Position numbers and translations under genes: made by a program. Shown piece by piece: positions 53,591 to 64,000 of a stretch of 64,000 bases of DNA. The DNA is from Callorhinchus milii (lineage: Eukaryota): NCBI RefSeq assembly GCF_018977255.1, contig NW_024704742.1:115880001-115944000 (forward strand). The letters are read 5' to 3'. The notes under the pieces were generated by a model that was not told the origin of the DNA, did not search any database, and saw nothing but the letters and a program-made list of their open reading frames with translations. The first letter of the stretch is position 1, and every line of letters begins with the position of its first letter.

Positions 53591-54579
53591 CTTTTAGCTT
53601 CTTCCTAGGGTCGTTCTTAGTGACTTGTCCTATTATATATAGGGGGTCGTCTTGCCCACTGATCCATTCTGGTGATAGTCACACTTAAAACATTAACCCA
53701 CCTTTCTATTTCAGATGTCAATTGGCTTGCCATGGACTTTGAAACATTACTGTTTTTATTTCGGTTTTCCAGAATTTATTATTTGCCTTTTCATCTATAC
53801 ATGCATATGGAACACGTTGTAAAGTCTGCAAACTTCAGCAGACAAATCTGCATAAATTATATAATAGTAATAGCCTTTTAATGGATGAAGAAATGCAATG
53901 AAAAATGAAACTGAACTTCAGTGATTAGAGCACACATCTGTGTTATTCTTGACACAGTCAAAACAATGGAACCAGGGAATTTGGTTTAAGATCACAATAA
54001 ATACTTTGATTTTGATTAACCCTCCCCTGGAGTCTATTTTAAATGCAAATTGAAACAATCCCAGTCACAGTACCAACTACATGTCAATAACAGTAGACCT
54101 TTCCTGCACTTTGTCTGATTTGTAAGTAAGCATTAAGGACAATAACTATCTTTATCAAAAACGATTGACATAAAGGATCAGTTCAATAACTACCCTACGC
54201 ATTTGAGGGACTTAAACTCCTGGTAAATTCTGAGAAATATCTTGAACCAGAGAAAGAAATGACGTCTATAGTTGCCACTGCATGTACGTACCTTGAAAAC
54301 TTCATGCAACAAGACCTGTTTAAGGACTAGTGAAGATTCTTTAGTCCATGGTTCCCAATATCAGTAGAATGCTATTCTCGTGATGGGAGTATCCAGCCTA
54401 CTGGATTACTCCAGTTGAACTTTCAGTGATGGTCTTCCCAACTGGGATCCAATGACATGGATGGGCTGAAATTGTTCAGTCGACAATCTCCAATTGTGAA
54501 CATTGGAGATGAATATGTCTATGGTATCCATAGACATGAAATACTGCACCAGCTTCCACCAAGAACTGTCCACATACAT

Positions 54580-54937
54580 TAATAATATTCCTTGCATATC
54601 ATATAGTGCCTTATCACTTCTTCGAAACATCTCAAAGCGCTTCACAGAATATACTGTAAAGTGAATTGACTGTATATTTTGTGGGCGAAATGCGGCAGCC
54701 AATTGCACACAGCAGTGTCCCATAAACATTCGTGGATTTAAGTGACCAATTTATCATTATTTTGTTTTGAAGGAATTAGTACCCCTGGAAAAGCAATCAA
54801 CCAATCGGCTAACAAAAGGGTTCCTATTTACTACTAGGTAAACAGTGGCGTGTGGAGTAAGGAAACTTGTCGGGAATCAAACCCAGGTCTCTTGCTTACG
54901 AGGCAAGCCCTCTAACCACTGAGTTATAGGACTCCAC
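54580..54937 (-). mobile_element. SINE, long subfamily
   Basis: Same architecture as 53224-53590. Confidence 0.85.
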
Positions 54938-54994
54938 ATTGACTAAATATTATTGTCTGAACCTCAAGATTTTTTTTGAAAATATATATTTATT

Positions 54995-55190
54995 AATAAA
55001 TAATAATAATCCTTGCATTTGATATAGCACTATTCACATCTTCTCGACATATCAAAGCACTTCACAGAATAGACTGTAAAGTGAATTGACTGTATACTTG
55101 TGGGCGAAATTCAGCAGCCAATTGTGCACAGCAGTGTCCTACAAACAGTCGTGGATTGAAAATGACCAATTTAATATTGTTTTGAGGGAT
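54995..55190 (-). mobile_element. 5'-truncated SINE within the Tx1 3'UTR
   Basis: Body and tail only. Confidence 0.85.
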
Positions 55191-55244
55191 ATATTTGGTA
55201 CAACAGAAATCCAAAACAAACACAACGTCCAACATCTTGGACGT

Positions 55245-55564
55245 TGGAGTCCTGCAGATCAGTGGTTAGAGCACTCGTTTTGCAAGCGAGAGACTTGGGT
55301 TCAATTCCAGGCAGGGCAAACCTTGGGCAAGTTTCCTTACTCCACACGCCTAATAATAATCCCTCCAAAAAACAAAAAACAATAATAAATTGGTCATTTT
55401 CAATCCATGACTGTTTGTGGGACATTGCTGTGCGCAATTGGCTGCCGCGTTCGCCCACAAATATAGTCAATTCACTTTACAGTGTGTTCTGTGAAGTGCT
55501 TTGGGACGTCCTCCCGACGTGAAAAGCGCTATATCAAATGCAAGGATTATTATTATTATTATTA
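55245..55564 (+). mobile_element. Young SINE within the Tx1 3'UTR
   Basis: Full-length short-subfamily copy. Confidence 0.92.
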
Positions 55565-56612
55565 TCTTCTGTTACAAACTTTTTCCCTTTCTCCCGATAC
55601 AAAAAAATTCCATTGTTTACGGTACATTCCTTTTCCCCACACAGGTTTTGCACACGTTTTTTGGGACGTTCCCTTTAAAACAGTTGGGAATCGCCACTGT
55701 GTACACCACATCCATGTGCGCAGCCACACACACCCTGATAAGGCACACTTGCCGCTTTCGGAAGGGGCCCCGATGTGCACCATTCGCGCACATGTTTACC
55801 GTACACCCATTTTCAGGACGCTCCTTGGTTACATCTCGAGCGTCCCTCTGTACCCTTACGTTTATTTCAGTCAGTTTTGGGTGCGCTCATGGACTACCCG
55901 GTGCCGGGGTCAGATCCTATCTGGTCTTTGCCGTGGTTGAGCCGAACTTTAGCTTGTCCCTCAGTGTATGGTCCCTGATCCTTGTGTGCGCGAGCGAGCC
56001 TGAGGCAGGCCCTCACCGTTTCCTCATTCTGCCAGAATAATACCTGGTTTGGAGAGTGCAGGAGGGCCTCCTTTACCCAGTTTATGATCCTCCAGGTGCA
56101 CTCAGTGTGGGCCCGCTGTGAGCCCCCGGGAACAGGCATATAGCAGATGAAGTTGGTGCTATTCTGCTCTTGGAGCACAACTTGACCGCAGTACCATAGT
56201 AATCTATGTCCTGTGTGGAGCTGTACAGTGCTCAGAGGGAGGTGAGAATGATAAGGGAGAACATTACCTACCATTCTTCAAATAAGTGACACCCTCCACA
56301 CACTGGGAATTAAACCACCCAACGTCCATTCATTTCTAGCAAGGAGTACACACCCACAAAACTCACCGAGGAGAGCTGCGGAGTTCCACTTTGTATACAC
56401 AAATAAAGTATCAATCGACAGCAAGATTTGTTTTAAAAGGCAGAAATGAATGACCTTTCGACAGTCTCCACCTATCAAGTGCAGGTGTGGACTTGGTGTT
56501 GTGGCGTGTGAAAGTTATCTTTGTGAAAGAATGAAATGCTTTCAATTTAAAGCAGACAGAGATCAAATGTAACCCACAGTTTTGCTGTTACAGCCTGAGA
56601 TCTCTGGCCAGA

Positions 56613-56851
56613 GTTTCCTTACTCCACACAGAGCCTAATAATAATCCCTCCAAAACCAAAAAAAAACAATAAAGATTGATCATTTTCAATCTACGACTGT
56701 CTGTGGGACACTGCTGTGCGCAATTGGCTGCCGCGTTCGCCCACAAATATATCGTCAATTCACTTTACAGTGTGTTCTGTGAAGTGCTTTGGGACGTCCT
56801 CCCGACGTGAAAAGCGCTACACCAAATGCAAGGATTATTATTATTATTATT
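56613..56851 (+). mobile_element. 5'-truncated young SINE
   Basis: Starts at agtttccttactccacac and ends in (ATT)n. Confidence 0.9.
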
Positions 56852-57016
56852 AAATGATTTAGGTGCGAATATGAATAGCATTTTAATATGCTGCCAAAAC
56901 ATTGTTCCTCTTTGGCTGCACAGGGATTACCACCCGTGCAGACAGGAGCGAATGGACCACTCCCAGTACATGTGAAGGTGATATGGGCTGTGGTTCTGCC
57001 TCCCACTGCGATCGCT

Positions 57017-57127
57017 CTATCGAGCGGTGGTGCACCTCTCATCCTGGAAAGACGGGGAGAGGAAAATCACACGAATTCCCGATTATGCTCTCTCTGTCGT
57101 CATTGTGCCTAACACAGACCAGTGGGG

Positions 57128-57158
<31 letters not shown>

Positions 57159-57715
57159 TCCTTGCATTTGATATAGCGCTTTTCACGTCGGGAGGACGTC
57201 CCAAAGCGCTTCACAGAACACACTGTAAAGTGAATTGACTGTATATGTGTGGGCGAACGCGGCAGCCAATTGCTTCAACCTTCTCTGGGGTTCATCTGCC
57301 TGATCCAGACAGGTGAAGCTCCACCCTGTGCCCCCCCCTCCCCCCCTCCCCAGTACAGTACAGTACAGATCACCTCGACTCGGGTTCCCATCACTCGGTC
57401 CAGTTTGGGCCGCACTCGCTTTTCTCTTGGCATTAGCGTCTGGGGAGACGTCTCACTTCGCCCGTCACGAATGATGTCCGCCTCCCCAGCTGTCAAAACA
57501 GGGGGTGTCTCTGTCACTCCACCTCCCAGTGCCAAAGGGCGCTTTAATGCTCATGTTTGGACACAAGCAATTATCCCTAATTATTGTTTTTCTTTTCAGT
57601 TTGCCCGTCCCCGGTGGAGGTCCAGCAGATGAAACTCGCCATAATCCGCCACAGTCGCTGAGCTGGAAAGGGGTTTGGCCGCAGAGCTCCGGGCGAGAGG
57701 CTCCGCGGCTTTCAT
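57017..57715 (-). other. Candidate three-exon small ORF (57715-57640, 57489-57374, 57043-57017; 72 aa), product unknown
   Basis: Two pyrimidine-tract CAG acceptors, one GT donor and one GC donor, all phases consistent. TATA-like element upstream and ATTAAA downstream. No recognised homolog. Confidence 0.3.
57129..57272 (-). mobile_element. 5'-truncated young SINE
   Basis: Tail and part of the body only. Confidence 0.9.
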
Positions 57716-57882
57716 CTCTCAATGAGGAACGAGACGACGCGCAGTGAATTGATTGAAACTCATTGGGAATTTGTTGAATTAACCTCTGTGCCGCCGCCTT
57801 TAAATGGACTCAGCGCAGAGATTACACGTGTTGATGGGCAGCGCTTTCAAAGACACTTCAGCTGTTGGACAGATTGCCTTGA

Positions 57883-58444
57883 CCCCCCCCCCCCCCACAC
57901 ACCCCCCCCACACACACACCCCACACACACCCCCCCCAACCCCACACACACACCCCCCACACACACCCCCACCCCCCACACCCCCCCCCCACACACACAC
58001 ACACACCCCCACACACACACCCCCACACACCCCCCCCACACACCCCCCCCCCCCACACACACCCCCACACACACCCCCCCCCCCCACACACACACACACC
58101 CCCCACACACCACACACACACCCCCACACCACCCCCACACACACCCACACACACCACACACACACACCCCCCACACACACCCCCACCACACCCCCCACAC
58201 ACACCCCCACACACACCCCCCCACACACACACCCCACACACCCACACACACACCCCACACACACCCCCCCCACACACACACACACCACACACACCACACA
58301 CACCCCCCACACACACCCCCCCACACACACACACCCCCACACACACACACACCCCACACACACACCCACACACACCCCCCACACACCCCCCCACACACAC
58401 ACACCCCCACACACACACACCCCCCACACACACACCCACACACA

Positions 58445-58475
<31 letters not shown>

Positions 58476-58878
58476 CCCACACACCCCCACACACCCCCCC
58501 ACACACACACACCCCCCACACACACACACACCCCCACACACACACACCCCCACACACACACCCCCCACACACACCCACACACCCCCCACACACACCCCCC
58601 CCACACACACCCACCCCACACACACACACACCACCACACACACACCCCCCACACACACCCCCCCACACACCACACACACACCCACACACACACCCACCAC
58701 ACCCCCCACACACACCCCCCCCACACACACACACACCCCCACACACACACCCACACACACACACACCCCCCCACACACACCCCCCCCCCACACACACACC
58801 CACACACACCACCCCACACACACACCCACCCCCCCCCCCCACACACACCCCACACACACACACACCCACACACACACA
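57883..58878. repeat. Irregular (CA)n/(C)n low-complexity tract of about 1 kb
   Basis: Composed only of C and A, with no constant period. Confidence 0.95.
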
Positions 58879-59080
58879 CTTTTTTGGGGGGTGAATTTGT
58901 ATCACATGATTTCCAACCCCTGGTATGGATATTAATTAACCTGTCAGCCCTTCAGGTCCACTTTAACATCTGATCTGGGATGGGGTTACATTGAGATTCG
59001 GACTACATTTGCACAGTTGTTTTTGAATGCTGATGCAGACGGAGTATTGATATGGAAAATATATCAGAATCTCTGCATCA

Positions 59081-59338
<258 letters not shown>

Positions 59339-59949
59339 GAAATAATATACCTATAAGTAAAACCCCTCCTGGTGGGAGGTATGGTATGGGGAGATTTTCC
59401 TGGGGTTCAACTGGCTCCGAAGAGACATGCCTGGCAAAGCCTAAGTAATCCAAGGCATTGTGGATGGGTGACTCGCCTGTGTGGCTCATCAATAAGACTT
59501 GTAGCTATAGCTGTTCAGGATAGACAATTATCACTCTTTGTGCTAATAAGTTGGGAAGGGGCATAGCTACCATGAGTATATACATGTAAGTGTGTGAATA
59601 CATCTCTGAACTATGCCTGCTCTTTCTTTCCCCTGTTGCACTTTGCATTATTTCTTGTTAATTTATTGTGTGACTTTGGCTTTATTCTCATTTTTAAACA
59701 CAGTTTCCTTAACGACATAATAGGAGCATGAAAAAAGCACTGAACTTTTCGGATGTTTTGTTTGCATGGAGTAGGTGATAATTGCTTTCACACTCATTAT
59801 TTACTCATTGATTGATTGAAATTCAACATAAAACATCAGCAACATCAACAACAGTATTATATGGGCATATTTATGTTTCTGTTGCAGTGATGAGTGAGTT
59901 CAGGTAAAGTGATTGCATCTGCCATCTGTTAGTCCAAATCTCAAAATGT

Positions 59950-60437
59950 CTTGCACCTTGGGACCTCCTCCCGATGCGAAAAGCGCTATACAAATGTAAT
60001 TTTTGTTGTTGCTGTTATCTTCAAAGCCCTCCACAGCCTTGCTCTTTCCTACCTTTGTGACCTGCTAACCTCATGTCAATCTGTTCGCTCCCTCCGCTCA
60101 GCAGGCTCTGACCTGTTCTATGTCCCTCGCCCGGCCCTGCTCCACCATCAATGGTTGGGCCTTCAGCCTCACTGCCCTCACCCTTTGGAACTCCATCCCA
60201 CAGTTCTTTCACCTTGCTCCATACCTTGTCTCCTTCAAGGCACATTTCAAAACACTTCTTTTCGACCCCGCCTTCAGCCACCTTCTTACCCCTACCCTCC
60301 CTGCCCTCCACTCCTCCTGATCCCAACATCCTGCTCGGGTCCAAATCCCAGACTCTTCAGAGTCTTATGATGTCCTCCCAACGTGAAAAGCGCTATACAA
60401 ATGTAATTTGTTATTGTTGCTGCTGTTGTTGTTGTTG
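59950..60437 (+). mobile_element. Two tandem L2 3' fragments
   Basis: Tail at 59955-60012, then FKALHSLA..YLCDLL...LWNSIP..SFKAHFKTLLF and a second tail with (TTG/CTG)n. Confidence 0.85.
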
Positions 60438-61759
60438 TCTGCCTCCTCTTCCGTGCCTGATTTGTCAATTCTGATCTCCCCAGTCTCAGAGGGCTGAGCA
60501 AAGAGGAAGATAAGATAGAGATAAGATAGGGATCTTCAGCTTTCCAAGACACATTTCAGTGGGAACCTTATAGAGAAAATATAGGATACCAAATGGAAGA
60601 AAATGAACTCAAAGTAATGTTTTCAGATATGCAAAAGGACAACAAGATTCAGCATTCTGAAGCACAATTGTAGAACAGATACCAGGAAGTATTTTACAAA
60701 AAGAGAGCTCAACAGTTGGAATAGGTTACTAGGAAGAATGATAGAGGTCAAGACACTGTACTTATTTAAAAAACAAATGGATGACATGATGCGCAGAAGG
60801 TAGGGTAGGTAATCTGGAGGAACAAGATCAAAAGGGCCAAAGGGCTAGCTTCATCCCCACTTCTCTTATGATCTGCTAAACTCTGGTCTGTTTGCTTAAA
60901 TCTCTCAACTCTGATCTTTTAGATTCTGATCGGTTGACATTGATCTTCCTGACTCTGATCTGCCTAGCACTAATATGCAAATACTGATCTAACTTCTACC
61001 TTCATCAACATCTGATTTTTTTATCTTCTGACTTTATTTTACAGACATTGCTGGGAGTGGCACACTAAAATTCCTTAATTGACATTTATGAACCACCAAT
61101 GTTCTACATAGCAGCAGATATACAGCTAAATGCTTCTAATTGCAGTCCCCTTCTGAATGTTTGGAATGATCAATTCTTTCATGGCTATACATTTGCGGAT
61201 GCAGTGAGCGTAGGTTGTGCACCTAATGAGCTGCACAGTATGCCAAAGTCCTTTCTCTGATTCATATGCATCTTCCTAACACTTAGAGAATCCTGATAAG
61301 ACATATAGTATAGTAATGGTACTATGCTCACCACACTTGGAAGTTACAGTAAAACTTATTTACTGACATAAACATTTCTGATGTAACATGTCAAATTCAA
61401 ACATAAACTCAGAAATTCATCAACATAATATTTTTATTTCTGGTCATCTTACCTTAGCTTTTCAACTCTGGTAAATATATTTACTGGTTTTAGAAACTTG
61501 TTGATATTACTAAACCAAAAGTTTGGGGTGGGGATGGGGGAGAGGCTCATTGTATTGATCTGTCACTTCACAATCTCTCCCTCCTTAAGATCACTGACTC
61601 ACTCACTCTGATGTGAAGTTAACTAGTCACTTTCCCACATGTCTTCTCAGCTGAAAAATTCTTCACAAATTCTTCCTTCATGACCTTTGGAAAGAAGGAA
61701 CTTTTTATAATTCATTATCATGACAAAATGTTTACAATAATTACTGTCAAGTGGAATGA

Positions 61760-62140
61760 CATTAAATTGCTGCAGCTATTGTGCGCACAGAAATGTCCCA
61801 CAAATAGCCACAATTATTATTTAGTTTTGATCCTAATACACTCAGAAACGATTTGAAGTATTTGAAGCAAGTATTTGAAGCAATTGTTAACTTCAAAATG
61901 AATTTCAAGCCTATCCCATTAGCACTTTTTTGCATGTTCGTTTGTGTTGCATTTTCAGTCAAAGACATTGAAGAAAGCAAACAGACAAATTTATCTAGAG
62001 GATTGTTGGCCAGGACACAGGGAGAAAATCCCTGCTCTGCGGATAGTGTCATGGGATCTTTAACGTCCACCTGAATAGGCAGACAGCATTTTAGATGAAT
62101 GCCTCATCTAAAGGATCTCATCTCCAATAATGCAGAGCTA
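61760..62140 (-). mobile_element. Older Deu-domain SINE fragments
   Basis: Reverse strand ttcaggtggacgttaaagatcccatgacactat..cctggccaaca and tgtgggacatt.ctgtgcgcac. Confidence 0.7.
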
Positions 62141-64000
62141 ACTGATTCATTTAGCCCCATATTCTATCCATATTTTGCATGTCTACATTTTCACTAACAT
62201 TGCAAACAGAGGAATTTCGACTCAGGGTAAGAGTGAGCACGTGCTTTCAGATATCATAACTTTTCTCCAATATGCGCTAGTCCATGGAGAACTCTTTCCC
62301 AGGCTGTTTTATTAACATGATGATTACTTTACAGTCTTCATATTTTTGAATATCTTCCACTGAAAATGCAATCCAAACAAAAATGCAAAAGAGTGCTTAT
62401 GCGACAGGCTTAGAAGATATTTTGAAGTTCACGATAGTTTTAAGTACTTGTCTCAATTGCTTCTGAGTGTGTTAGAATCATAACTAATTTTGTGCTCAAA
62501 GGCGATTAAGGAACCCATTCACGCAGATTGGAGGGAACTTGCACGGTTTAAATGAGTTCTGAAATTAATCCATAATATTTTACGCTGCTTTCCTCCATCA
62601 CATTTATTTAATGTTTGATTAAGCTGCAGCCTCTTTTCACTATTTTTTTCCATAAGCTGGTTTATACAATGATCGGCTGTCCTTTTGACAAGCGTTGGCA
62701 AACATGCAAACAACTGAAAAGGTTAACTCGTACTGTTGGTTTTCCTTGAAGATCCAGCAATATACACGTTTTTAAAGTTGCATATTTGCATAGAAAAGCG
62801 GAGATTTTACATGAGTTTGATGGGGGAAAATCTGTGATTGTTTTGGGGATAGATTTTAAAAGAGATCAGGAAGGCGGGTATGAAGAGGACAATTTGTTAA
62901 ATTTGATCAGTAGAGAGATTAGTTGGTATTTATTGATAATTGCAAATAAATATACACGTTGGTAAAATTCTGACCCAAGTTATACATTACTATCATATTT
63001 CTTTTAACTCCACGATTTTTAACTATATTCTTCCTACTTATACTCGAGGTAGGATTTGTATTGTACATATGCACGCTGATATTTTCCAAGGACTGTATTT
63101 TATAATGTTTCTTCGTTGTTTATAATGTTTAATACTAAAAAGTTTAAAACGGGTTAAAAAAAAGAATAAACAAACAGGAAATAAAAAGATTACCAAAACC
63201 GGGCAGTAGTTGTAATTAATCCAGACACATATTTTAAAGTTTTGATCGCTTACCTTTAAAGTACTCGAGGATAAGATCCGAATATTTAAATTGCCATTTG
63301 AACTTCACAAAAGATTTTTACGGATCCTTTTAAGAATCACCGTTTAAGAACACAGCTATCACCTGTTTGCTACCCATGGAATTAGACCTGTGCTCCTTTT
63401 GACACGTACTTCATTTCAGAAACTGCACCATTATTGCTGTAGATTTATCATGTTACATTTATGTGAGGCTATAAATCCTATGTTATAATAAATCTTTCTT
63501 ATAAACAGTACTGCAACTGTTTGTTTTAATATTACCTTATGTAATCTGCTGTTGCAAACAAATTGTAGTTACTGGGAAAGAAAACAATGCCATAGTTCTT
63601 ATAAATCATATTATAATTATAAATGTATTGTGGTCATTGTGAATTACACTGCAATCATTATAGTGTAGCTATTAATTATACTGTAGTTATCATATTGTAG
63701 TAAAATTATTATACTGCTAATAATACTGCAATTATAGCTAATTCATCTGTTATGCATAATCTTGCAGTTATTAATGATATTGTGATGATAAATGTTACTG
63801 GAGTTATTATAAATGTTTCTGCCATTGCCACTAATATGAATTATTATAAATAACATCACAGATGTAATGATTGTTACAATAAATGATTACACTAGTTGGA
63901 ACGATTGATTTCGATAAGATGTTTAAATGGTCACGTGATTGTATTTGGCACATTGGTTTATTTTGAGTTATTAGTGAGCCTTCAAAATAATCTCACAATA

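Larger units (their letters stand above)
54970..56260 (-). mobile_element. Tx1-clade (L1-like) LINE 3' fragment, interrupted by two SINEs
   Basis: Reverse strand ...PGGSQRAHTECTWRIINWVKEAL...ACLRLARAH, then after a frameshift RIRDHTLRDKLKFGSTTAKTR*. This resembles the Tx1 ORF2 C-terminus (W..IN.VK.ALW..RN). Terminal AATAAAtatatattttc-A8 at 54994-54970. Confidence 0.75.

Noticed and set aside
56755..57042. CART-like or other cysteine-rich neuropeptide exon (…QCFGSILKCY)
   Set aside because: The resemblance is superficial. Cys spacing does not match CART and the frame runs into a SINE tail. It is kept only as an alternative frame of the mini-gene candidate.
57580..57747. Plus-strand exon after a strong ttgtttttcttttcAG acceptor
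   Set aside because: No partner exon or recognisable product was found.
63480..63900. CRISPR-like or satellite array
   Set aside because: AT-rich degenerate low-complexity sequence with no constant repeat-spacer structure, in a eukaryotic context.

Overview
Eukaryotic, vertebrate genomic DNA. The repeat content (Deu-domain/SacSINE-like SINEs, CR1, L2, Tx1 and Penelope-like pieces) points to a cartilaginous fish, possibly a chimaera; this is an inference. One confident protein-coding gene is present: a two-exon TMEM174 orthologue on + (CDS 22949-23586 joined to 26560-26695, 257 aa, phase-consistent GT-AG intron), with HNF1, HNF4-like DR1 and TATA motifs upstream. Most of the rest is retrotransposon debris. 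This includes a near full-length CR1 with a zinc-finger/esterase ORF1, nested CR1s, many L2 3' ends, a young tRNA-headed SINE with an L2-type tail, older Deu-SINEs, a Tx1 3' fragment, a non-CR1 RT fragment and small palindromic MITE-like elements. The observations most worth following up are a candidate unannotated three-exon mini-gene on the minus strand at about 56.9-57.8 kb, two independent L2-machinery insertions at the same homologous site of two CR1 copies, and the modular SINE subfamilies. I see no CRISPR array, rRNA gene, bona fide tRNA gene or prokaryotic system. The C/CA-rich tracts at 57.9-59.3 kb may be sequencing artefacts. Repeat boundaries were read by eye and are approximate.
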